This document shows positions 39,301-52,436 of a DNA stretch of 64,000 nt, in pieces. The stretch covers positions 67,383,408 to 67,447,407 of the forward strand of contig NC_068989.1 in NCBI RefSeq assembly GCF_001194135.2, given 5' to 3'. The notes beneath the pieces were generated by a model. It ran no database searches, was not told where the DNA came from, and saw nothing but the letters and a program-made list of their open reading frames with translations. Origin of the DNA: Octopus bimaculoides. Lineage: Eukaryota. Numbering within the stretch: position 1 is the stretch's first letter; each line of letters begins with the position of its first letter. The translations under genes were made by a program, and so were the position numbers.

Positions 39301-42300
39301 TGAAACTTTCACTACAATTACACATTAAATATGTGGACGTTTTTCCCTCTGTTCAACCAAAAGCAAGATATAAGAAAATAACTTGTTCAACACGAGATGG
39401 AGAAATATCCTCTTCAGATATTTTCATTCCCAGAAAAGTCAAATTTCTTCTTCTGGAGAATGACCTTATTTTGTTAATGGCGATTGTACCTTGGTTAGCC
39501 TTGCAACTACCACATTTTCTCTGCTCGTCAGTTTTGCTTTGCTATTAGTATCTTTTATCTTAGTATACCCTGACTCCTTCGATCCCTTTTAATAGAGCTT
39601 CCATGCAGTTCTGAAATAAGCCACTCAAATTCTTAAGGCTCGTTTGAAGTTTGTTAACCAGGTAGAGACCATTGGTTGTATTAATAGTGCAAATCCACCT
39701 TGCTTCCTCCACTAAAGTTATTTGCCAATACACATGCTTTAAATCGAAAGTGGAGAAAAATTTCACACATGACATACCGGAGAAGATAGTGTCAATTGAT
39801 GGTATGAGAAAAGAATAGGTGTCAATATGTGCATTTAAATGAGCCTTGTGATCAAGACACATGCGAAGAGATCCATCTTTTTTTCACAGCTGTACCACGG
39901 GTGAGGCACATCTGACTACAGAGTAATCCAATGGTGTGATGACCACCCCCTTTAACTCATCTTTCACTTCTTTTTCCAAATGTACTGGAATGCGTCTTGC
40001 CGGACTCATCACGTTACTTCTCGCATCAGAGCAGTTGACTCAAGCCACAAAACCTTTAATATCTCTGGGAATACATCCATGTTTAAATTGAAACAAAACA
40101 AACTTAATATCTTTTCCAATCAGCCCAAAAGAGTATGGGCTGTCTACCACAATAAATTTACTTGACTCATCGGCGTTGTTGAGTTTAAATGTCACTCAGA
40201 TTGATCCAATAACCTTTAGATTTTAACCATCAAAAGTGGTTAATCTATTGTGGCATGATTCGATTTGCTAACCGTTACTTAAGAAATATAAATATTTTGA
40301 ATGTTAAGTGAGAAAAAAAAAAATCAGTTTCAGTTTGACTGATTTATTTGCTGGTTCTAAATCAAAGGTAATTTTTGATCTGCAGAAATATAGTAAAAAT
40401 TTCTAGACCATTGATTTACTTCTGTGCATCTCTTGTCTCATTGGTAAAACCGGTAGAAATTAAGAAATAGTTTCTTTACAAATATATGAAAAGTACCATT
40501 TAGAAGACTTTGCCTTTGTATTTTTTTTTTTTTTTTCATTAATATTTTATTTAACTGTCTCATCACTTATTATCATTGCACTGTCACATCATTTGATATA
40601 AATATTGAATATTATAAATCAAAAATGTACTGCTTAAAACCCTCTTTCTTCTCATTAGTCTTTTATTTCACTATCCGATACCATGCTCTTATATCATTTG
40701 ATCTTATGTAAATAATATACTTGATCAATGTAAATTCTAGTGATCTATTATTAATTTCTTTGGTTTTAGGAGTGCCTATGTGACAGTTCTGAAGATTTGC
40801 AAATTGATGACCACAACTGTTGGCCATGCCAAAGTTCAAGTTGCAGTTGATGCTTGTAGTGCTGATTCTCAGACCACTCCAATCCCTGTTAATGAACATA
40901 ATTATGCAGTTACTCTTCAACAAGCATTGATATACATCCCCAACTCAACATCTGAGTTTACATTAAGGAATGTGGCTGCACGCCTTGGTCAACAACTGAA
41001 AGAACAGGTAAAACTAATTAACACAATTCTAATTATTAATCATCTAGGATGTACATTTATATCCTCTACCTTAGTCTTATTATCTTATTTATGAGCTATA
41101 TTCTTTTTAGATCATGTACCAAAGTCAGTTTTGTTTTTCATCCTTTTGAGGGTTGATAAAATACTAGTCATGTTTTAAGGTCAGTTTAAACAACTCTTCA
41201 ATATCTCAAAATTTGCAGTCTGCTATTGAAGTTGGAGATCATTGTTCTATGTGAGAAGATTAAGCCTTTTGTTAACATATCTTTTTCTGTAGAGATGTTC
41301 TTCAAAAATAATAAAGAATTTAGTAAAATAACTTTATCATTATTAAGCTAATACTTGGGACTTAACATGACATTTTAATGTAAGTTTTTGACTTAAATCG
41401 TTTTAAAACAGGAAGTTAGTATCATAGATGCTAGAAGTAGTCTCAGGCAGCTTTGTATCAAAAGGGTTAAAGGGAGCCTTTTATTTCTAGAAACATATTT
41501 AAATGAAATATTTTTGAAAATATTGAAAATTAATTAGGATTTGTAGTATTTTGCTTTTGTAATTACATGCATTATAGAAGTCTATCATGTCTTAAAAATG
41601 CATCCAAGTGATGAGACCTGATTGAAAAAAAGAAAGCAGTAGTGGTCTTAACTAATTGCATTATTAGTATATCAAGAACTTCCGCCTGACAGAGCTCATC
41701 TTTCTGTGGTATACCTGCAATAGAATTTGACCCAACCAAATTCTCATTAGTTCAACAACTTTCAGTGACAGGAAACTCAATGGCCAAACTATGAGCTGGC
41801 ACTCTGGTACTGTGATTCCTAATATGAGTGGTTATCATATGTTCAGAGTAAAGGATAGATTTTTAAACAATGTATAAAATGATAGAGAATTGAAGTTTTT
41901 AAAAGTTCCCCAAATTGTCTTACCACTTGTCATAGTCCTTCATCATCTGACATACACAACAACACTGCCAACTTTGTTGTGGTGTATGTTATGTTTAATG
42001 ACCAATTACTATTTCCTGCACCAACCCTTGTTCAGTATTGACTGGGTGCAATTTATGATATCAATGGCACTACCTGTGGAACACCTAAAGCAGAGTTTGC
42101 ATTCCTTTTGTTCCTTCTCGGCAAAAATGACATCTTGAAAGCATATTATGTCCATGCCCTCAACACCCAATCTGTCTCTGTGAAGCCTTTCTCTACACAT
42201 TCTATGACTCCATCACTCTTCTCAAGTGCTGTATTTATGACCCTCTTCTGTGCTATCAGTTATCCCTCTCTTTAGAACCACATCTTTTGTCACTAATCCC

Positions 42301-45300
42301 GCATTTTCAGTATCATTCCAGACCATGATACTTTGCACTCAATGCCTCTTTCTCCAGAACACTCTCTCCTATTTGCCTTCAACACTTCTCTCCATCTTTC
42401 AACTCTTATGTTCCTCTCACCCCCTCCTCTATTGCTCTGCATTCCTCTCTCATTGCCTCACTTCACTTCTATCTACAGTTTTATTATACTGTTTGCCCCT
42501 CACTCTCCTCTTTCATTTGTATAGTTACTTGTTACCTCCTCCTGTCTGACCCATCTCTTTTTTTTGTTCACCTTTTCCCTCAAATTGATATTCACCATTA
42601 ATTATACTTCCACTCTTGTTTACTGCATTCGTCTCTGTCTATATTTCTCACTATCTGTCACTCTCCATTCAAACCTTCACAAATTTACCTACTCACTCAC
42701 CCTTTCAAATCCTCTGTCCATGTTCTTTCTTATACTTTCTTATATCATTACCACTACCATCTGCTTTCTTTTTTGTTAGCTGGAGTAGCAATATATCTCC
42801 TCTGCAAGACACCTGTTCCTGTTCTTCTTTTATACTTAAACCTCTCAACATTTGACATAAGCCACTTCCCTCAATACTACACCACCCCTTAGATGAGGGT
42901 AAGTTCTGCGAAAGAAGCACCCAATGTGTGCTCTGAAAAGTGGTTGACATTAGGAAGTGCTTTGATCTATAAAAATTAGGCAAAAGCAAACTTTGGAGCT
43001 TGATGCAGTCCTCTGGCTCGTCAGATCTTGTTGAATTATTCAACCATGCCAGCATAGAAGGCAGGCATTAAATGATGATAATGGTGATGGTATATGTATA
43101 TCTGATATAATATATTATCTCCCTTGTTTTCTAGGCTTTTGGTGCTCTTCCTGATTTGAACACTATTAAAGCTATTCAGAAAATTGCCTGGTCATCATGT
43201 ACGGGTTCTTTGCATTTGGTTCATGACTCTAATGAAGAAATTCATCGGATTGTTGAGAAGGTAAGGACTATGGACTTATTTCTGTCATCTTTGTTATTTT
43301 TTAATAATGATTATTGTTTCTAAATCAAGACAATACACAGATAAATCAATGAATGTTATGTTTATCTCATGATTTTGCAAATATGTTTTATGCAGGGTAA
43401 AGAAAACACTGAGCCCGAAGACATTGAAGTTACCCGTGAAGCTTTAGAACTGCTTTCTGTATGTTTGGCACTTTGTCCTGCTGCTTTAGAATCACTTAAT
43501 AAAGACAAAGCATGGCAGATCTTCATCATCGATCTTCTCCTTCTTTGTAAAAACAGGTATGTATTTGTGAATTAGTCTTCAGTTTGTTTGTAATGTTTGT
43601 TAGTTTCCCTTCTTTTCTCTTAAGTTTTACTTGAAAAACAGGAGAAAACACTTTTTAAAATTTTAAATGTAATATCGCAGTTTATTATTTGTTATTCATT
43701 TTGTATATTTATTCGTTATTTTCAGGGAGATCCGTACATGGGCTGCTGAGCAGTTTTTCCAAATGGCTACAAAATGTAGTAGTGGAAATCGACCTCTACC
43801 CTTCTTCATCACTTTGCTCTTTACTGTGTTGTCTGTAAGTAAACCCTTGATTTTGATAGGTTTTTAGTTTATGGCAGTTTTGTTGGTGCCTGCATAGCTG
43901 TGTGGTTTAAAAAGTTTACTTAGCAGTTACATAGTTCCAGCTTCAATCCCACTGCACTATCTATTGAACTGGTGTCTTCTCCTGCCTCCTCAGGCTGACT
44001 AAATGCCTTGAGTAAAATTAGCTTGACAAACCTGTGCAGTTGTGTGTGATGATTATATAACACCTTTTGGTTATGCCCCATTTGTAACTCTATCTTATTT
44101 ACCGAACTATTTGCTAAAACCAATACATCCTCAACAAATACCCAATTTTTAAATGATATTTTACAAAAATTATTAATTAAAAAAAAAAAAGGCCATATTA
44201 GTTTTAATTCATCCAATTAGGAGAATAAATCCTTTTCTTTACCAAATCCCTTGGCTTGATCTTATTTCATTATTTAAAGTTGTTTCATAGTTGCAAGTAA
44301 TTTATCTGTTCCTTTCTCTGCTTATGTCTGTTTTTGTCTTTGAACAATAAAAACTATTTAGAGATTTCAATAACTGTCAAAACTGTTAATGAAAAATATC
44401 AAAAGTCAATTTGTATTTCATTTCAGAGTACAGTGAAGGAAAATGCAAAGCAAGCACACGAATATTTTCATTTATTGTGTCGGTATGTTAAATGTTATTC
44501 TCTTACTTCAATAACTGCTACAATATCAGAAATTTTTCTTTTTTTCCCAAATTCTATAGCAACTTTGTAGAAAAAGTAATCTTAGTGAACTTAAGTAAGC
44601 TCAGGAGTTGGTAATCATTGAAATTTTATAACTGTAAACATGTTTTATTGCATTAGGTTTCCACACACCAAAGAGCTGTATCTCTACTGAGAACCTACTG
44701 TTTTAAATTCGCTCAAAACTGCAATGTCAGTTTGTTTTGGTTGAGTTCTGTTTTACTGTAAATGTACTGAGCAAAAACATTGATTTAAACAGAAAATAAC
44801 CAGAGTACCAAGGCTTTCTTTAATTATATGGTACTTCTAGTGGACTTTTACTAAAGTCATGCGATAACTTAACTTATTATGGTAACTAAATATACACAGT
44901 TGATCAGTTGATTTCAGTAACTTAAGATTGATCTAGCCCTTTCTTTGTGAAGGATATATATATATATATGACAGTGTAATAATAGTTTCTGGTGTGTTTT
45001 GATATCAAATTACAAGTTCTGTCTTTAGCTTCTGGTCAGCTCTGAGTGAATGCAAAGGCATTCAAGTCATATTCATCTCATCCTTTTGATGCTCATTGAT
45101 TAGAACTACATTAGCCAATGTGTCTGCCCCTTTTTAAAGCAGAAGTGTAATTTAAAAAACCATAGCTCATTTAACACATTTTTGTTTGGTCACTAAATGT
45201 TTGCTTCCTTCTTTGAGATGTCTCTTCTTAAACATTGCCTCTCCCGTCATTCTGTCACTGTTTCTCTTCCATTATTCCCTCTCCTACCACCTTCTTTTTA

Positions 45301-48300
45301 TTATTACTCTGTCTCTCTTATCACATCCAAACTCATACCTCACCCACTTGATTTGATCATATTTTTTGCCTCGAATGAATAGTGACAACATTACAGTAAA
45401 GTAGGACTCTTTACTCTTGCAGAAGACAAGAGAAAGTCTCCAGTGCTGGTGCTGTGGTAAAATGCACTCAGTAGATTCTTTGAAGTGGTTGATGAATGAT
45501 CAGAATTTAGTAACAGTCTCTTTTATGTTGCTGTCATTTTAAAATGTACCCAGTACACTCTGTAAAGTTGCCTTCCAATCCATGTAGGAGAGCAGTAACA
45601 ACAAATAAGAAATGACTTAAACTGTGATGATCTATCCAACACATACTGGCATGAGGTTTATGTAAAATGATGGTGAATGATGATAGCTTTCGGTTTTGAA
45701 ATGTGACCTGTTGAACTAAGTAAATTTATAAACCTTCTAGTTGATCTGGAAATATTTGTTTCAAACAAATGTTCTGTTTGACTTAATATTTGCAATTAAA
45801 TTTTGTATTGTGTTCAGCCGTTTCTCATTCAGAAATACTCCGTCAGATGTAATTCTTATCTATTCACATTGTTTTGGATTAATCCTGCATTATCTCGTGA
45901 CTTTGAGATTTTAGTGATGTGACTGTTTATTTTTAGAATGACATTGTAGAATAGGTGACAGAGGTTGGATCTAGTCATTTCCAACATAAGTGGAATATTT
46001 GGGCCAAATATCACCACTTTAAATGCCAAAGGGCTTAACTTAAATTTGTTTAAAATTTTCTTTTCAAATTTGGTTATATTAATTGTAAAATAACATTCTT
46101 TTGGTTTTACCTTCAGGCTACTCAATCATGCTTATAGTAGTGAAGTTAGTTTACCAAACGCTGAAACTTTATTGAATAATGAAATAATCTGGTTGAAGAA
46201 AATTCGTGTAAGTTTACTTGATGTTCTTTCAAAAAGTATTTAAATCTCTGGCATCAGCTATTTTAAATGAAGTTGTTCTGTAATTTGGGAGATATTCTGT
46301 GCACAATAGATAGAATTTCTAACTATGCAGGTATTCTTTGTAACAGCATGATTTGGGGTTCAGTTGTCTTGGGACTGTAGTGTAAGCTCTGAGATGACCA
46401 ATACCATATAAGGGTATTTGGTAGATGGAAACTGTAGAAAGCCCATCATGTAATATATATATATATATATATATATATAGTAAAAGATAAAAGGATCATT
46501 TAGATCAAGGCAAATCAACAGTGAAGCACACTGCTAAACAGAATAACTCGAAAAACTTAGGTGAATTAACCATTCAGATTAGTGGTTAAGTTGAAAGAAT
46601 ATTTCACTGGTATCCAGTATTCTGCAAATCCAAAAGTATCCAAGATTTACTAGTGTGTTTAATGCAGTGTAATTACAGTGATAAAGATGAAACAAATGGA
46701 TAATTTAGGTGCTACTGTCTGTGTTTCAATAGCAAACATTTATTATTAACACATTGCATCATACAGTTTGGCAAGATTACAGAGTAATGTTTACTTAATT
46801 CCACTTTGTAATACTCCATTAGAGGTTTATTAGGTGAAATGCTTTGATGGGATTATAGTAGTGTAATCCCCAAAATGGAAGTATGCATTAGCTTTATGTA
46901 AACTACCTTAACATACACTCAATTTTTGCTTTGTCTTTTCAGTTGAAAATAATGAATTTGTTTTGCATGTGAAGTTTATGATTTTGATTGGTTACTGGCT
47001 CTACACAAGCACTACTGTCTCTAAATGAATCAAACTGTATATTTAATTATCCTTTATTTGAAAATTTCTTAGGCTACCATAATTTTGTTGGTACATATCA
47101 CCTAATAAACCTCTAATGAAGTATTACCTTCAATGTTAAGGAAACCTGTTATAATCTTATATAATTTCGCACATTATTGCATACCAAATCATATGATACG
47201 ATGTGTTAATAAACTTTTGCTTCTGAAATATGTATAGTAATACCCAGATTATCCATTCATTTCATATTTATTATTTTATATATACTTTCCTTGACATGAA
47301 ATAAACACATTCTGTACTTCAAAAACATGTAAGGGTTGGTGACAGGATGAGCATTTGACTGTAAAATTCTAACTCAGATAAGTTCAGTCCAAACCCATGC
47401 TAGCAAGGAAGAAATCAGATACTAACAAATAATTACTGACTGTTTGTAGATTTTGATTTGGTGATAAAAGTACAGGAAAAATTATGGATGATATCAATAA
47501 AATAATCATAACATTTGATTGTAATTTTTGAAACAGGCACCATACCTTGGTTTTACTGCATAAACCTGCTAGGATAATTTGAACCAGGGTGAAATTACAT
47601 ATTATTACCATTTATACATTGTTTGAAAATTTTTGCATTCTAATTAAACTTTATTATTAACTATAAGAGTTGGGAATAAAGCTAAAAAGAGACAAAATTT
47701 AATGCTAATTATTAAAGTAATGAAGGGTATTCTTGTTAGTTCACTCTTTTAAAAGTCAACTCCTTTTTGAAATGGTTTCTTTTAATGTGTCCATAGTATG
47801 TCTATTGACCTGATCTAACTTGTACCTTGATTGTGAAACCACAGACTGATATGGGTATTTATTTACTTTTTCAGGAGCAAGCTTTGCCCCAAACTGAGAT
47901 CCAGGTTGATAATGCATTATTGGAAGGACATTTGGGAATTACCAGAGAACTTCTCTCATTCCAGACTCCAGACAAGAAATTTCACATTGGTGCAGAAAAA
48001 GGAGGTTTAGATCTCATCAGAGTATGTGTCCATATTCCTTTCATTATTGATCTTGGCAATTTCTGCTGCTTTTACCATGTTGCACTAAAATAAGAGATTC
48101 ATGAATGAGTAAATTTTCTTCATATGCTATTTTCAGGAATTAGTAGAGGATTTCATCTTTCCTGCTTCTAAGATTGTAGTTCAATGTCGAAAACTTAATG
48201 ACTTTCCACCAGAGCAAGCTGTTCCTGTATGCACCACTCCAGCCACTGTTACGGCAGCATTTGATTTGTTAGTTTCCTTATGTACACGCTGTGTGAAAAA

Positions 48301-51300
48301 CCTCAAGTGTTTAGCCAATATGCTAATAGACATGTTTTACACAGGTTAGTATTTTTGAAACTCTTGAAAAAAAATTCCAACATGATTATCCCATCTCCAT
48401 ACTGAGCTAGGTCTTTCACTGGTGTTGTTACTCTTATGTGGCCTATGTCTTTAATTAATACCTTAATTTTGGTCATATTTACCTTTAGGTCATTTGTTTA
48501 TGTTAATGTTTAAAGCTTCTTGTACAATTCTTTCTGTGCTTCTAAGATGGGAACAGTTAGTGCACTATAGTCTTGAACTTTTTGAGTACATGTATAAAAA
48601 GATGATTGAGAGTGTAGTTTGGTAGACAACTTGTTGGGCACATTGTTGATCTTACTCTGTTTTTAATGCTTTTATTATAATCTAAACATGTTTTTTGAAC
48701 TGCTTGGTTGCCAACTAGACTAGTGATCAAAGGATCCTGTCAAAATCCTCCTTTAGGTTAACAGTATTTCACTGACAATTCATTCACCAGCAAAATAGCA
48801 TCTGTGGTTCCATTCTCTGCTACAAACCTGTGCTCCATTTTATCTAATCCAAATGTATCTTGTATTTTATTTAACACCTATGATCATTCTCTCCCTCACC
48901 TACTAAATGTGAATAGCCATGCAACTCCTTCAAAGAACCTGCTCTTCCCCTTCCTCTCTCACACTTTAACCTTAGTATAAAGCCATCTGCACTTCCTTTG
49001 TAGTCTTGCAAGCTGCACAGTAACCTCAGTAGTGCCGGTGGCATGAAAAAAACACCCAGTACATGATGTAAAGTGTTCGGCATTAGGAAGGGTATCTAGA
49101 TATAGAAACCATGTCAAAGCAGACATCTGCTATTAGCCCAATGAATTGCTCAAATTCCTTGAAATTTCCTGGCACAGGAAACTCAGATAGTGGCTACAGT
49201 CTGTGAGGGGCATTTTAGTATTTTCTGTAAATAATGTGACCAAGGAATTCTAACTCAGTCACAGTGAATTTGTTTTTTAAGTTGTGAAAGAGCAGCCTCC
49301 CCTACCTGCCCAACAGAGAAAGCAGCAATCTTTGTTATTGTGTATGTAAAATTTTTGTTAGGGTTGGGAGCTAGATTTACATGGCTGGATGTTATTTATC
49401 TGTCATCAAACAATTTACAATAAATAGTTGTTTTTTTTTTAAATAGCTAAATCATCTTTTTCATTAACCCTTTTGTTAACCATATTTCTGTTCAAATACA
49501 CTGCTTTGATTCAATTTATTTTGAAAATAATGAATTTAATAAAATAATTTTGTCATTATGACATTGGTGATTGGAACATAAATTAGCATTAAATTTTGAT
49601 GAAAGGTTTTAACTTAAAATCATTTAAAAACAAGAAATTTGTATTAAAGAACCTGGGGCAGTCTCTTGTAGGTTGGTATCAAAAGGGTTAATATTCGGTA
49701 TTTTATTTTGCTGATTTCTCCATTATCCTACAGTGTAAATTTACTAAGAATAATTGTATTTTAAAAACTATTTAGAGGCCAACTTATTTAATTGTTGATA
49801 ACATGAAAGTTTTAATGCTTTTGTGCTCTTCCTTTAGTCAAGAGAAAAAAATTAACTTTTAAAAATTTTTTTTATTTTCCAGATGAAATGTTCACTTTTT
49901 CAGAATTACCTCTAGTGGAATGGGAGTTTGTACCCCCTGTGGGTCCAAGACCTCCTAAAGGTTTTGTTGGCCTTAAGAATGCTGGTGCTACATGTTATAT
50001 GAATTCTGTTTTACAACAGGTTAGCCAACACTTGATTAAATTTTAAAGACTTTTTTTTAAACAAAATCCCATGCAGTGTCTCATCTAGCTTGATGTACAG
50101 TAGGTAATGGAAAACAAACTCTCTGTTCAATGAAGATTTGTATCCTATATATTCTTCCTTTTCTATTAAGGATAAGTTTTTCAGTAAAATTGCAATGAAT
50201 AAACAAAAACTTTGTCACTTTTTACATATTTTATAAATATATTTAATTTTTATTATTTGATTAAAGAATGTTTTAACATCCATTTTTTTCCATGCTAGAA
50301 TGCATTAGAGGGGGGAGTTATTTGAAGCAGGATGCTCTTCCTGTCTCCAACTCTTATCTGTTTTTCAAGTAAGGGATTCTTAACTGCAGTTGTGAAAATG
50401 TTACGTTAGGTTGAGTTTTTATTCTTATGAAAATATTGGCTTAAAATTACAATAGATCTTAAACCAAGAAAATAATCTTTTTAAGGAATTCAGTTTTAAC
50501 TTGGTGGATTGAATCTGAGTATTTCCTTCCTTTTTTTTTTGTCTCTGCACCACTTTTACATGAAATAATATTTTGTAAAATTTCCTCTTTTCAGCTCTTC
50601 ATGATTGAACAGATTCGTCATGGAATACTTGCTGTGGAAGGAGCAGCAGACGACATCGAGGATGAATATATAGGAGACGAGAAGGGCGAGAATGAGGTAA
50701 AAATACCTTTTTGTGTGTTTACTTATATTTAGTAATGGATTCTTCTTGAACATGTTGTCCTACAAATATATACAGTTTAGTTTTCATTAGTTTCTATTAT
50801 TGTCCATATTAATGTATAACATGGATCATAGCTGAGAATGTTGAGTTTTTCAAAAGTGGAATGCATAAAGAAATGTGTTGCAGATTCATCCAACCCATGC
50901 CAACATAGCTTAATGAATGTTACAACGATGGTCATAAATATAGTTGAAATTTATAGAAAAACAAAAGACGAAGACAGTTGTATGAACAATAAGCAAGTGT
51001 ATCAGTTTGACACTTTAGAAAAATGAAAAAGTATTTTGTTTCGAGCCTATGCTCTTCAACAGAAAGGAATAAGAGAAAATAAACAGAGAGAGAATGAAAA
51101 AAAAACTTGTAGAGTTCAGTGGTCCAACGTGGCAAATGGTCGTAAATACATATGATTATATGTGAAGAGAACCTGCAAGTTTTGTATTTATAGTTGAACA
51201 AGTATTGAGTAAATATATCTTTGTTACGTACAGTTGATTGTTGACTTAATAATAGGACCATCATTTTTCTTTTTCAGTTTGTTCATTCTTAATATAATTA

Positions 51301-52358
51301 CCAAATAAGGATTTTTTTTTTGTTTCTCCTTTCCTTTTCTTAGACAAATGTTGATCTTGGTGATGAAGAACGGAAGGATGAAGAAAAGAGTTCCAATAAA
51401 CAAGGTGAAAGGAAAGATTACAATCTGGGTGTGATGAAACATGTCCAGTTGATCTTTGGTCATTTGGCTTGTAGCAAGCTGCAGTATTATGTACCCAGAG
51501 GCTTCTGGAAACACTTCAAGTAAGTAACAGAGAATTTGAAGTAAATTTTTTTACTTTACATTTTTAAAACATGTTTTATAATTGTGAAAGTAGGTTATAG
51601 CAAGAACAAGAGCCAAGCAAATACATTTATGTGGACCATTATCTAGATTACAAAATTAAAATACTGTATAACTTACTGGCCCCAAGCATATAACATTTTA
51701 AATGTTTTACTTCTAAGTTTTATATATATTATGTGATCACGTGACTAACCAGACTATCAGATGTTACACATCACTGGTCACAGTGCACTTGGCATTGTTG
51801 TATCCTTTGAATGATGCCACTCCATTGGTTAGGCAAGTAGGCCAACATTTCCCACTGATTGAAAGGGGGACTGGAACAAAGTGGAATGAAGTGTTTTTCT
51901 CAAGAACACAACACACTGTCTGGTCTAGGAAATGAACTCACAATCTAGTGATTGTGAGTGCAACAGCTTAATCAGTAGGCCATGTGATCACGTATGTGTG
52001 TGTGTACATTTACAATACAGTACCTAATCACATGAATAACACGACAAAATAAATTTAACAAATGGCTGGAACTACCTTGTTTAAGTGTCTTCTACTATCG
52101 CCTTCGGCGAACCAAAACCTTGTGAGTGGATTTGGTAGACAAAAACTGAAAGAAGTCCATCATATATATAGTGTTGGTGTGTTTACATCCTTGTAACTTA
52201 GTGGTTTGACTAAAGAGATTGATAGAATAAGTAACAGGCTTAAAAAAAAAAGTCAAATTCTGGAATTGATTTGTTTGACTAAAATTCTTTAAGGCAGTGC
52301 CCAACATGGCCACAGTCTAATGACTAAACCAAATAAAAGTTAAAAGATAAAAGAAAAG

Positions 52359-52389
<31 letters not shown>

Positions 52390-52405
52390 CTTTCTCTCTC
52401 TCTCC

Positions 52406-52436
<31 letters not shown>

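Noticed and set aside
41890-42860. Cluster of overlapping short ORFs in a CT-rich tract (likewise the GA-rich tract at 55340-55700)
   Set aside because: Low-complexity composition suppresses stop codons; no protein similarity recognised.
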